DNA of 64,000 nucleotides from an uncultured Thermofilaceae archaeon (GTDB lineage Archaea; Thermoproteota; Thermoprotei; Thermofilales; B69-G16). This document shows, in pieces, positions 51,003-61,712 of the stretch. The position numbers were made by a program, and so were the translations under genes. The stretch lies in contig CAZCTW010000010.1 of NCBI GenBank assembly GCA_964501905.1, positions 5,046 through 69,045 on the forward strand, in the 5' to 3' direction. Each line of letters starts with the position of its first letter. Position 1 is the stretch's first letter. The notes beneath the pieces were generated by a model. That model did not search any database and had not been told where the DNA came from. It worked only from the letters and a program-made list of their open reading frames with translations.

Positions 51003-51104
51003 GGACGCGCCTGTAGCCGCTCATTAACACACGTTTTCCTCGCTTGGCGGTACAACGCCCTCAGCTCGACGTGCTCTCTCTGAGCGGCTTTTTCTGGCGC
51101 GTCC
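51003..51104 (-). ncRNA. H/ACA-type guide RNA enclosed by an extra 9-bp stem
   Basis: 9-bp lower stem followed by ACA, pocket GAGAGAG/UGUUAA 15 nt from ACA, upper stem CACGU/ACGUG, K-turn-like GA pairs. Confidence 0.75.
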
Positions 51105-51188
51105 TTCTCATAAAATACTGGCGCCATGTCTATATATAGTTCACTTAAGGCGTAAAGGTAATAATTCCTAGGTGTTTATTTATTAAAC

Positions 51189-51261
51189 GCCGGGTGACGG
51201 TCTCTGCTCGAGGCGCGTCTACGCGACGATGAAAAGCAGAATACCCACACCCGGTACACTC
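51189..51261 (+). ncRNA. H/ACA guide RNA, predicted target 23S U2586 (E. coli numbering)
   Basis: GCCGGGUG/CACCCGGU followed by ACA; pocket ACGGUC/AUACCCA; upper stem UCUGCU/AGCAGA; K-turn. Confidence 0.85.
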
Positions 51262-51264
51262 AAG

Positions 51265-52098
51265 TTATTCCCTAAGTTTCGTTTCGATAAAAGCCGGAGC
51301 GAGTGATATTATCACTGAGAAAATGAACGCGTTAATCGGGTTAAACTTAGTCTTGAACAAGCCGTCAAGTCTCTCAACAGAGAATATTTCGAGAAAACCT
51401 ATTTTAAGGGTAAAACTGAGACCGTAGATCATAGCACCAGCTTCTATCATTAAGAAGGAGAGCCACGTGGCGACGAACATTATAATAGACCACACCATCC
51501 ATAACCTGATAAACATCTCAATGCTAGACCCGCCTATTTCCGCCTCCTCACAAGGTCCATAGAAAAAGGCGTGATCTATACTGTCGATGACTCTTAGAGA
51601 AGGAGAGAGAAAAAGGGCAACTAGAAGGAGGTAGAGACGGCGGCTTAGAGATGAAGTGTACAATGCAAATGTTAAAGTGAGAGGAAGGTCGTAACTTGGT
51701 AAAAATAAAGACAAAGCCAGGAAAACTAAAGCCGCTATGATGTCTAATCCTAATGTTTTCGCGAAGAAACTCCGTGGATTTCTCCGCTTTGAAGAAGAAT
51801 CGAAAAACGAAATCACAGGCAATATTTTCACCCAAACGATTTTAAAAGAGGGGGTTCCACTTAACGCCTTTACGGATAAAGCTTTAGATAAGCAGTGAGC
51901 CAGGTATGCTATAAGAGGAGAAAGAGCCGTCAGTACGGCCTCCTCCCTGGAGTCCGCCTTGAGGAAAGGCTTCGACGGATGGATTAAGAAGTGTAAAGCA
52001 CTCGCTACTTCCACTGATGTTATGAAGAGTATAAGAGAGAAAAAAACTATCTCGAATACCCGGTATTCTAGTTTAAACTCTAGACAACGCTCCTCCAC
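51265..52098 (-). CDS. Multi-pass membrane hypothetical protein
   Basis: 277-aa hydrophobic ORF, no family recognised. Confidence 0.55.
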   Translation of the reverse strand: MEERCLEFKLEYRVFEIVFFSLILFITSVEVASALHFLIHPSKPFLKADSREEAVLTALSPLIAYLAHCLSKALSVKALSGTPSFKIVWVKILPVISFFDSSSKRRNPRSFFAKTLGLDIIAALVFLALSLFLPSYDLPLTLTFALYTSSLSRRLYLLLVALFLSPSLRVIDSIDHAFFYGPCEEAEIGGSSIEMFIRLWMVWSIIMFVATWLSFLMIEAGAMIYGLSFTLKIGFLEIFSVERLDGLFKTKFNPINAFIFSVIISLAPAFIETKLRE

Positions 52099-52192
52099 GA
52101 GTATCTAAGATAAAATCCCCAAATATAAACGGCTCTCTAAACACGCCGGAGAAAAGAATATATAATTGCTAGCTTGTGTTGAATAGCGATAG

Positions 52193-53620
52193 GTGGTCCA
52201 TATTGTGTTGCGTATTTACAACACCCTTACCAGGGAACTCGAGATCTTTAGTCCACTGAATGAAGGCAAAGTTTTAATGTACGTTTGTGGACCAACAGTC
52301 TACGATTATAGCCATCTCGGACACGCTAGGACTTATGTAGCCTTTGACGTTATAAGGCGCTACTTTAGGCTGAAGGGCTACGATGTATTCTATGTACAAA
52401 ATATAACCGATATAGACGATAAGATTATTAACAGAGCACGGAGCGAAGGCGCGGATTGGACCGAGATAGTGAATACTTACACTAGAGACTATATGGAAGC
52501 TTTAGAAAAATTGAACATAAAAGTCGACTTACACCCTCGAGTTTCCCAACATATTAAAGAAATTATAGACTTTATACAGATTCTCATTGACAAAGAGTAC
52601 GCCTATGTGGCGCCTAGCGGTAGCGTTTATTTCGAAGTGGATAAGTACGAGGACTACGGAAAGCTCAGCGGTAGACACGAGAAAAAGCTTTGGAATCAGG
52701 AAATTTTTGCTAAAGAAAAGAAAAAACCATACGATTTTGCCCTTTGGAAGGCGGCAAAGCCAGGCGAGCCTTGGTGGGATTCTCCTTGGGGTCCCGGCAG
52801 GCCTGGATGGCACATAGAGTGCAGCGTTATGTCTAGCATGTACCTAGGCAGACAGTTTGATATACACGGCGGAGGCTCGGATCTCATATTTCCCCACCAC
52901 GAAAACGAGCGGGCGCAAAGCGAGGCAGCGCTTGGAGTAAGGCCATGGGTTAAGTACTGGATGCATACAGGCATGTTGACAATAAAGGAGGAAAAAATGA
53001 GCAAATCCCTTGGCAACATAATCCCTCTCAAAGAGGCATTTAAGAGGTGGAAGCCGGAAGTTATCAGGCTTTGGCTAGCTACAGCCCACTATAGAACTGT
53101 ACTTTCCTTTTCAGAAGAATCCCTCGAACAGGCTGAACGCAATTATGAAAGATTGGTCAATGCGGTCTATACTCTAAGAGATTTATTGAAAGAGATTGAA
53201 GTTAGCTATAAGTTAAGCGATTATGGCTTAGAAACTATCAAAGAATTAGAAGCATTGAGGAAGAAATTCTATGAAGCGATGGACGACGACTTTAACACGA
53301 GTAAAGCCTTCAGCTATGTCTACGAATTAACCAGTCTAGTGTTTAGCAGGATAGCGGCTAAGCCTGAAAGCACGGTAGCCTTGAAGGCTTTGGCGCTGTT
53401 TAAGGAGTTTAACAAAGTCCTAGGAGTATTAGATAGGCATTTAGCCGAGACTGTCACGGATATAAATGTAGAGGAGCTCGTGGACCTTATCGTAGAGGTT
53501 AGGAGCATTCTGAGGAAGAGAAAAGATTACGAGCTAAGCGATTGGATACGCGAGAAGCTTCAGGAGATAGGTATTAAGCTAATGGATATGAAGGATAAGA
53601 CTGTGTGGACGAAGGCTTAA
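52193..53620 (+). CDS. cysS: Cysteine--tRNA ligase
   Basis: CGPTVY, HLGH, GWHIECS, FPHHENE, KMSKS motifs. Confidence 0.98.
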   Translation: MVHIVLRIYNTLTRELEIFSPLNEGKVLMYVCGPTVYDYSHLGHARTYVAFDVIRRYFRLKGYDVFYVQNITDIDDKIINRARSEGADWTEIVNTYTRDYMEALEKLNIKVDLHPRVSQHIKEIIDFIQILIDKEYAYVAPSGSVYFEVDKYEDYGKLSGRHEKKLWNQEIFAKEKKKPYDFALWKAAKPGEPWWDSPWGPGRPGWHIECSVMSSMYLGRQFDIHGGGSDLIFPHHENERAQSEAALGVRPWVKYWMHTGMLTIKEEKMSKSLGNIIPLKEAFKRWKPEVIRLWLATAHYRTVLSFSEESLEQAERNYERLVNAVYTLRDLLKEIEVSYKLSDYGLETIKELEALRKKFYEAMDDDFNTSKAFSYVYELTSLVFSRIAAKPESTVALKALALFKEFNKVLGVLDRHLAETVTDINVEELVDLIVEVRSILRKRKDYELSDWIREKLQEIGIKLMDMKDKTVWTKA

Positions 53621-54485
53621 CCAAGTTTCTTGTGAAAAACTTAAACATTCTATTTTTACATTCGAGGATATCAACGGGTATAGAATCTACGCTATAAGAT
53701 TGTTCCCCCGTAACTCCGTCTATGAATCCCGAATCAATTAGAGCCTTGAGAAGATGTTTTTCCAAACTCCATGAATGGTAAATGTCCACTTTTTTTGCTA
53801 AACTCACGCCTGCTTCCACCGAGAACAGAGCATCATTCGACGTACATCCTATATGTAACACGTCCGTCTTGACTGCACATAAGTTGCCTGAAAACTCTTC
53901 GGCGATTATTCCCATCCCCACTTCGTTTCCTCTATCTCCCACACCTAGGGTAGGTACCCCCAATGATTTGGCCGCTTGGACAAAAGCCTCGGTATCCATA
54001 TGTATATCCGTTACGTCTATACCTTTAAAAGTGAACATCTTTCCCTTTCTATCCACGCCTGGCTTTTCTACGAAAATAATGAGATCTATGTCGTTCCTCG
54101 ATAATATACGAGAAAATTCTTCAAAAGACCCCCTACCCTTAACGGATGTTAAGCTAACACCCATAAGCACACAACTCGGTACGAAATCGGCTACTCTCCG
54201 CTCCGTCACTATCGTGAAATTCGTATTGAAGAATCCGTGTAGAGTATAAGAGAAGATTAGAGCGGAAAGGGGCCCGTCGGTTTCAGGGCTATAACTTGGC
54301 GGAATTAAGAAACCCGTAACTATAGCTATGTTACCGCCTTCGATTGTCTCTAAAACTAACTCGGTAGCAAGTTTCGAAAGATAACCTCCCTGCTTTTTAA
54401 CCGCTTTTTCGTAGAGCTTATATACTACTCCCTGCCCGCTTACGTCTAAGATCGCTAAAAGATCTAGAGTACGCCAGACGTTCAT
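53574..54485 (-). CDS. DUF4392 / D-glutamate cyclase-like protein
   Basis: ETDGP, E.PG, GD.GNEVGMG, SN, DGVT motifs. Confidence 0.8.
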   Translation of the reverse strand: MNVWRTLDLLAILDVSGQGVVYKLYEKAVKKQGGYLSKLATELVLETIEGGNIAIVTGFLIPPSYSPETDGPLSALIFSYTLHGFFNTNFTIVTERRVADFVPSCVLMGVSLTSVKGRGSFEEFSRILSRNDIDLIIFVEKPGVDRKGKMFTFKGIDVTDIHMDTEAFVQAAKSLGVPTLGVGDRGNEVGMGIIAEEFSGNLCAVKTDVLHIGCTSNDALFSVEAGVSLAKKVDIYHSWSLEKHLLKALIDSGFIDGVTGEQSYSVDSIPVDILECKNRMFKFFTRNLVKPSSTQSYPSYPLA

Positions 54486-55369
54486 ATTCTCTTTGTTATC
54501 GCTTTGACGTGCTCGGCGATTAGGGGTGCTACAGAAACTCGCGAAGCCGGAGAAGGTATGGTATCTGTAGCTATGACGCTCTCTACTCCAGATGATAATA
54601 CTTTTTCGTAGCTATCCCCGACAAAGAGAGGATGGGTGCAGGCTACATGAACTTTACGAGCCCCCAACCTCAACAACTCCCTAGTAGCCAGTACTACAGT
54701 ACCGCCTGTGCTTATAATATCGTCTACTATCAACACATCTCTACCCTTAACGTCTAATTGTTTCGGCTTTACCGTTACCTCGCCAGTTACCCTATCTCTG
54801 AATTTCTCCAAGAAGTCATATTCGCACTCCAAAACTTCGCCTGCTCTCTTAGCCCTATCTAAGGCACCTAAATCAGGAGCTAAGACCATGGGGTTTTCTA
54901 GTTTTCCTCTAAAATACTCGGCTAAAACCGGTATGGCAGAGAGATTCGCATAGCCTATGCTGAGCCACTCTCTTAGGCTTTTTTCGCTGTGTATATCTAC
55001 AGTTATTAAGTAATCCGCGCCTGCTCTCTCTATACCTCTTAACACCATCTTTATGCTAATAGCTTCACCCGGTGTGAAGCGTTTATCTTGACGAGCATAT
55101 GCCATGTAGGGTACTATAGCTATCACCTTTTTAGCTCCTAAATCCCGCGCCACATCTATCATCAATAGAAGTTGTATGTAATGCCTGTCTTGAGGGGGAT
55201 AGAGAGATTGAACGATAACGACGGTGCGCCCTTTCAACTCCTTCTCGATTTTTATATAAGTTTCTCCATCCGGAAAAAGCCTAGTTAAAGCTCTGGTGTA
55301 TTCGGCTGATAGGATCTTGCTAAGCCGGAAAGCTATACCGTTGGACGCAGGACCCGCAATGATTATCAT
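54482..55369 (-). CDS. prs: Ribose-phosphate pyrophosphokinase
   Basis: FPDGE, PY.AYARQD, APD.GA, VDDIISTGGT motifs. Confidence 0.96.
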   Translation of the reverse strand: MIIIAGPASNGIAFRLSKILSAEYTRALTRLFPDGETYIKIEKELKGRTVVIVQSLYPPQDRHYIQLLLMIDVARDLGAKKVIAIVPYMAYARQDKRFTPGEAISIKMVLRGIERAGADYLITVDIHSEKSLREWLSIGYANLSAIPVLAEYFRGKLENPMVLAPDLGALDRAKRAGEVLECEYDFLEKFRDRVTGEVTVKPKQLDVKGRDVLIVDDIISTGGTVVLATRELLRLGARKVHVACTHPLFVGDSYEKVLSSGVESVIATDTIPSPASRVSVAPLIAEHVKAITKRI

Positions 55370-55494
55370 GACGATACCCCTCAACATTTTCTCAAATGAG
55401 CAATATAACGGTTTCCGCTGCTCTTTGGGGGCGGCAATAAATAAATAAGAAGTTGGGGTTTGATAGGGTAAGCTTGGCCCTAGGGAGGTGTCTT

Positions 55495-57171
55495 ATGGTT
55501 AAGAAAAGAATATTGATAACGGCAGCATTACCTTATGCCAACGGAGAATTACACATAGGACACCTTAAAAGTACTTATCTTCCGGCCGACATATACACGA
55601 GGTATCATAAGCTTAAGGGAAATGATGCGGTTTTCGTCTGCGGTTCTGACCAGCACGGAACTCCTATCGAGATAGCTGCACGCGAGGCAGGCGTCGATAT
55701 CGAGAAATATATCGATTATTGGATGAAAGATCACGTAGAAGACTTCAAACGAATGAATATAGAATTTGACATATTCTATAAAACTCACAGCCCCGAAAAC
55801 GCCGAAAACACCAAACATTTCTTAATAAAACTCAGAGAGAATGGATACTTGTATAAGAAAAAAGTCCTCCAATTATACTGTCCAAACGATAAAATGTACT
55901 TGGCAGATAGGTATGTTAAAGGAGAATGTCCATTCTGCGGCGCGCCTGATCAGTACGGAGATCACTGTGAAGTCTGTGGTTCTACTTATGAAGCTTGGCA
56001 GTTAAAGAACCCAAAGTGTGCTATTTGTGGAAGCGAGCCCGAGGTGAGGGAAGAAGAGCATTACCTGTTTAAGTTGAGTGCTTTCGCTGAAAAATTGAGA
56101 GAGTGGATTGAGAATAACGAGAGGTTCCAGAAATCGGTGGTCAATTACCTATTGAACTGGCTGAAGAAACTGAGGGATTGGGATATAACAAGGGAGAACT
56201 ATTGGGGCATAGAAATGCCTTTCGAGGATGCCGCTGGCAAATACGTGTACGTATGGTTTGACGCGCCCATAGGCTATATCTCAGCGACCGTCAAGTGGGC
56301 TAAAGAGAAAGGTAAAAATTGGGAAGATTACTGGAAAAACCCTGAATGTGAAATTATACACTTTATAGGCAAGGATATCATATATCACCATTATCTCTTT
56401 TGGCCCGCTATGCTCATGGGCGTAGACGAAAACTTCAATCTCCCCTCTGCCATACCTACGAGGGGCTTCCTTCTCCTGGAAGGAAAGAAATTCTCGAAGA
56501 GCAGGAAGTGGTATATATCAATTAAGAAAGCCGTTGAAATGTTCGAACCTGACTATCTAAGGTTTTATTTGACTTTGTTAACTCCGCATAGTCTAGAAGA
56601 TACGGATTTCAAACTAGATGATTTTAGGAATATCGTGAATAGCGGCTTAAGCGATACTATAGGCAACTTTGTTCACAGAGTACTGACCTTTACCGTCAGG
56701 TTCTTTAATTCTGAAATACCTGAGCCTGGAAACTTCACCTCCTTAGACGAGAGCATATGTGAAAAGATGAAGAAAGCTCCGAAGATCGTAGGAGAGCTCA
56801 TAGAAGATTTTAAACTTAAAGCAGGTCTTGAGGAAATTATAGGCTTAGCCCGCGAGGCGAACAAATACTTAAACCTTAAAGAGCCTTGGAAACGCGTAAA
56901 GGATAATAGGGTAGATGCAGCGACCACTATTTACATCTCTGCGAATATAGCTGCTTCTCTTTCTGTACTACTCTATCCCTATACGCCTAAAATAGCTGAA
57001 CGAATAAGGAGAACTCTTAACTTATCTAAGCAGTTAAGCTGGGACGCCGCCGGCACCTTTATACTCTCTCCAGGACATAAAATCGGGAAAGTAGAGATTG
57101 TAGCGCCGAGAATACCTGAGGAGCTCGTGGACAAGCTTAAGGAAGAACTAGGGCTTAAAGGCGGCTCTTAA
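55495..57171 (+). CDS. metG: Methionine--tRNA ligase, no C-terminal OB domain
   Basis: ALPYANG.LHIGH, YVWFDA, GKDI, KFSKS motifs. Confidence 0.97.
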   Translation: MVKKRILITAALPYANGELHIGHLKSTYLPADIYTRYHKLKGNDAVFVCGSDQHGTPIEIAAREAGVDIEKYIDYWMKDHVEDFKRMNIEFDIFYKTHSPENAENTKHFLIKLRENGYLYKKKVLQLYCPNDKMYLADRYVKGECPFCGAPDQYGDHCEVCGSTYEAWQLKNPKCAICGSEPEVREEEHYLFKLSAFAEKLREWIENNERFQKSVVNYLLNWLKKLRDWDITRENYWGIEMPFEDAAGKYVYVWFDAPIGYISATVKWAKEKGKNWEDYWKNPECEIIHFIGKDIIYHHYLFWPAMLMGVDENFNLPSAIPTRGFLLLEGKKFSKSRKWYISIKKAVEMFEPDYLRFYLTLLTPHSLEDTDFKLDDFRNIVNSGLSDTIGNFVHRVLTFTVRFFNSEIPEPGNFTSLDESICEKMKKAPKIVGELIEDFKLKAGLEEIIGLAREANKYLNLKEPWKRVKDNRVDAATTIYISANIAASLSVLLYPYTPKIAERIRRTLNLSKQLSWDAAGTFILSPGHKIGKVEIVAPRIPEELVDKLKEELGLKGGS

Positions 57172-58431
57172 GTAGATTGGAGTAGCCGATTCTATTCTAA
57201 ACGTTCTAATAACACCTATCTCTATTTTTTCTCCTCTAGACACGAGTACTGGCTTATAGTTGAGCGTACGTCCTAGGAAACAAGAATCGCGGCCTAGGGA
57301 GTTTATCAAGACTTTCTCAAGTCTACCTACATGTCTTAAATTTCTTTCATGGGCTATTTTGGCTGCTATTTCTGAGAGTATTTTAGATCTTTTCTTTTTC
57401 ACAGGCTCAGGGACCTGTTTCATAGTAGCTGCCACCGTAAAAGGTCTAATTGTATATCTAGCTATATGGGTTTTATCAGGCCTAATGCTCTTCAATGCCT
57501 CTACAGTTTCTTCGAAATCCTCTTCGCTTTCTCCAGGAAAGCCAACGATGATATCAGTCGTTATGTTTATGTCGGGCATGGCTCTCCGTGCTTTCCCGGC
57601 TATGTCCAAGTACTCTTCCACCGAATACTTCCTATTCATTAATTTTAAAACCTTATTACTACCTGACTGCAAGGGCAGGTGTAGGTACTTATAGACCCGC
57701 TCATCCTTCATCAATTCCAATAATTCGTCGATAAATCTCGCGGTAAGACTAGGCTCTAACATGCCTATCCTAATCAAATACTCGCCTTCAACCTTCCTTA
57801 ATATCTTGTCTATAAGTTCGGGCAATGTAACTCCCATGTCAAGCCCGTAGCATATCACATCTTGACCTGTAAGGTATATTTCTTTAGCCCCTTTCCCTAC
57901 AGCTTCAGCTATTTTTTCGACTATTAAGTCTGGAGGATAACTATGGAGCTTTCCTCTAGCTATAGGCTCTATACAGAAAGCACAATTGCCTAAACAACCG
58001 CTCTGGATGGGCACCACATAGCGTACTCCCTCCTTGTAGGAGGGAAGTACGCTCCTCCCCCATTTATACGACCTGACAAATATCTTCCTCTCCTTTGAGA
58101 TAATAACACTCCAGAGCTCATCTAAATATCCGGGCTCTATTAAACTCGCCGAAGGAGCTATGCGGGAAATAGTAGCAGGTCTAACGTTGACCAGACAACC
58201 GGTAACGACTAGTTTTATTCCTCTAGCTTTACAGAACTCAGCAAGTTCTCTAATCCTTGACAACATTTTACGCTCGGTATCCCCTCTCACCGCACAGGTA
58301 TGTATTACTACCACGTCGGCGTTCACAATATTATCGACTACTACTCCCTTATTTTTCTCAATGATAGTCTTAGCTATCTCGCCCTCCCCCTTGCTTAACC
58401 AACACCCATACGTCTCTACGTACACTCTCAC
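57148..58431 (-). CDS. tRNA methylthiotransferase (MiaB/MtaB-like, t6A37)
   Basis: ETYGC, TC.V, GC, GCLGNCAFC motifs; TRAM domain. Confidence 0.92.
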   Translation of the reverse strand: MRVYVETYGCWLSKGEGEIAKTIIEKNKGVVVDNIVNADVVVIHTCAVRGDTERKMLSRIRELAEFCKARGIKLVVTGCLVNVRPATISRIAPSASLIEPGYLDELWSVIISKERKIFVRSYKWGRSVLPSYKEGVRYVVPIQSGCLGNCAFCIEPIARGKLHSYPPDLIVEKIAEAVGKGAKEIYLTGQDVICYGLDMGVTLPELIDKILRKVEGEYLIRIGMLEPSLTARFIDELLELMKDERVYKYLHLPLQSGSNKVLKLMNRKYSVEEYLDIAGKARRAMPDINITTDIIVGFPGESEEDFEETVEALKSIRPDKTHIARYTIRPFTVAATMKQVPEPVKKKRSKILSEIAAKIAHERNLRHVGRLEKVLINSLGRDSCFLGRTLNYKPVLVSRGEKIEIGVIRTFRIESATPIYLRAAFKP

Positions 58432-58489
58432 GCTCTCACCATTGATTTTTACTCACCTATTAACTTTCCCTAAATATTGATAAAGCGGA

Positions 58490-58606
<117 letters not shown>

Positions 58607-58717
58607 CGTTTCTTTCGGACCCGTGATTCTATGTCGTTATTCGGTTTTTAAGATTTTTGGTTATGAAACCAGGGATTGCGAGTTGTGTTCTGGGAAAGAA
58701 AAAATATAAGTTCAATC

Positions 58718-59482
<765 letters not shown>

Positions 59483-59502
59483 TCATAAGTAAAGGAGAGG
59501 AT

Positions 59503-60609
59503 ATGTGGATACTTGTCCGGCCAGACGCATTAAATGTTTGGGGTGATCCTGAAGTAAAGAGAAGACTCAGCCATTACTATGCAGTGATGAAAAACTATAG
59601 GCCAGCAAAGTACTTAGTCGTTAAAAAAGTAGATGCCGAGGAAGATCCGGCTAATTTTGAGACAAAAGAGCTTTGGAGATTGCATAGAAAATTATCCGAG
59701 TTATTTAAGTCGATTTACTCTAAAATCGTTGAGGGAAAAGAGGAATTAGACGAAATGCCCGAGCCGGAGCATAGCTTTCTAGATGTAAAGATAGAGTTAG
59801 TTAGGAGAATGATATCGAAGTGTTGTTTATGCGAGTGGAGATGTGGGGTTAACAGGTTAAAGGGGGAGAAAGGAGTCTGTAGGCTTGACTCTAACGCGCG
59901 TGTAGCGTCAGCATTTCTCCACATAGGTGAAGAAGCCCCCCTAGTTCCCTCTGGCACCATTTTCTTCACTAGCTGTAGTTTTAAATGTGTTTTTTGCCAG
60001 AACTGGGATATTTCGACAAAACCCGATAATGGCCGCCTCGTCTCACCCAAAGAGCTAGCGGTTATAGCTGAGGGTCTACGGGCGAGAGGAGCTAGGAACG
60101 TAAACTACGTAGGAGGAAATCCTGACCAGCAACTATACACTATTATTAGATCTCTAAAGTACATGACGACAAACGTCCCCCTGCTCTGGAACAGCAACAT
60201 GTACTTAACGGTCGAATCTATGGAGATTTTAAAAGATATTATCGATATCTGGCTACCCGACTTTAAGTATGGAAATGACGAGTGCGCACTTAGACTGTCC
60301 AAAGTTAAGAACTATTTTAAAATAGTAGCTCGAAACCACAAAATAGCATGTGAATCAGGTGACATGATCATAAGGCACCTGGTATTACCCAACCATGTAG
60401 ATTGCTGTACAAAGCCCGTTCTAGAATGGATAGCTAAGAACTGCCCTAACGCTCTAGTAAATATCATGGACCAGTACCGCCCTGAACACCTAGTTTTAAA
60501 GTATCCCGATAGGTACAAGGATATAGCCCGCCGGCTAACCCTAGAAGAGATTAAAAAAGCTTACGAAATAGCCGACAAGTTAAAAATAGTATACAAGCCA
60601 ATTTCATAA
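59503..60609 (+). CDS. PflX-like radical SAM protein
   Basis: H.GEE, SGTIFF..C...C.FCQN, DFKYGN, RHLVLP, M.QYRP motifs. Confidence 0.9.
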   Translation: MWILVRPDALNVWGDPEVKRRLSHYYAVMKNYRPAKYLVVKKVDAEEDPANFETKELWRLHRKLSELFKSIYSKIVEGKEELDEMPEPEHSFLDVKIELVRRMISKCCLCEWRCGVNRLKGEKGVCRLDSNARVASAFLHIGEEAPLVPSGTIFFTSCSFKCVFCQNWDISTKPDNGRLVSPKELAVIAEGLRARGARNVNYVGGNPDQQLYTIIRSLKYMTTNVPLLWNSNMYLTVESMEILKDIIDIWLPDFKYGNDECALRLSKVKNYFKIVARNHKIACESGDMIIRHLVLPNHVDCCTKPVLEWIAKNCPNALVNIMDQYRPEHLVLKYPDRYKDIARRLTLEEIKKAYEIADKLKIVYKPIS

Positions 60610-60653
60610 CGTTAACTTAATAACAGCACTTAGACATTCTACGAGGGATCGTC

Positions 60654-61712
60654 ATGAAAGTCTTCTGCACTGGTATAAGCGGGAGCGGGCGAACAGAGTA
60701 TATTAGGACTTTCGTCAAGTGGAGCGAAGAGAATCATTCAAAGTCGATAAAGCTAATTAACGTCGGCGACCGCATGTTCGAAATTGCCAAAAAGCTCGGG
60801 CAGAATATTAAAGAGGAAAAAATACTGGATCTTTCGGAGCTAACGCTTAAATGGCTTAGGGCAGTGGTTTTTGAACAGATAATCGGTGAAGTTGAGAAGG
60901 AGCCCGGCGTATACATAGTAAGTACTCATGCCAGTTTTCGGTGGCGGAGATACTTGCTTCCTGCTTTTGACTTCTTTTACCTCAATAGGCTTTCGCCTGA
61001 CCTCTTTATCACTGTAATAGATAGCATTGTTGACATAAAAAGGAGACTGGAGGAGACTGGCCAGTGGAGGGGGAGGTTGACTTTACGCGATATAATTACG
61101 TGGCAGGACGAAGAAGTGTTTATAACGAAGATACTAGCCGAATATCAGCGTAAACCCTTTTATATCATCCCTAGAAAACAACCCCCTTCCACGTTGTATA
61201 ATATAATGTTTAATAAAAAGATGGAAAAAGTCTACTTAAGCTATCCAATGACTCACGTAGAGGATTATGAGAGCTACGTAAGGAGAGTGAACGAGTTTAA
61301 GGAAAAGCTATCTAAGTTTTTTGTAGTGTTTGATCCAGGATATATAGATGACTACGAGCTCCTGGTGGAAGCTTATAAAGCCATCAGCGAGAAGAGGAAG
61401 ACCGTAGAGATAGACGGTTGGGAGATACCTCTTAAAGAAGTTTTAGAAGTTGAAAAGGATTTGAGGGATCAAACAGTCCGGAGAGATTTCATGTTGATAG
61501 ACCAGAGCGACGCGGTAGTTGTCTATTATACATTGCCAACTTTATCCCCCGGCGTCCTATCCGAGGTGATATACTCCTTCACTAATAACAAGGATGTGTA
61601 CATAATATTCACTCCTTCGAGCAGAATAAGCCCATTCTTTGAGTACTTTTCGACTAAGATCTTCTTCGACGAAGACAGGTTTTTCGACTTCATAAGCGAT
61701 AAGGAATGCTAG
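60654..61712 (+). CDS. Fusion of a P-loop nucleotide kinase-like and a nucleoside deoxyribosyltransferase-like domain
   Basis: GISGSGR P-loop; YLSYPM, FDP, D..LIDQSD, GV..E motifs. Confidence 0.7.
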   Translation: MKVFCTGISGSGRTEYIRTFVKWSEENHSKSIKLINVGDRMFEIAKKLGQNIKEEKILDLSELTLKWLRAVVFEQIIGEVEKEPGVYIVSTHASFRWRRYLLPAFDFFYLNRLSPDLFITVIDSIVDIKRRLEETGQWRGRLTLRDIITWQDEEVFITKILAEYQRKPFYIIPRKQPPSTLYNIMFNKKMEKVYLSYPMTHVEDYESYVRRVNEFKEKLSKFFVVFDPGYIDDYELLVEAYKAISEKRKTVEIDGWEIPLKEVLEVEKDLRDQTVRRDFMLIDQSDAVVVYYTLPTLSPGVLSEVIYSFTNNKDVYIIFTPSSRISPFFEYFSTKIFFDEDRFFDFISDKEC

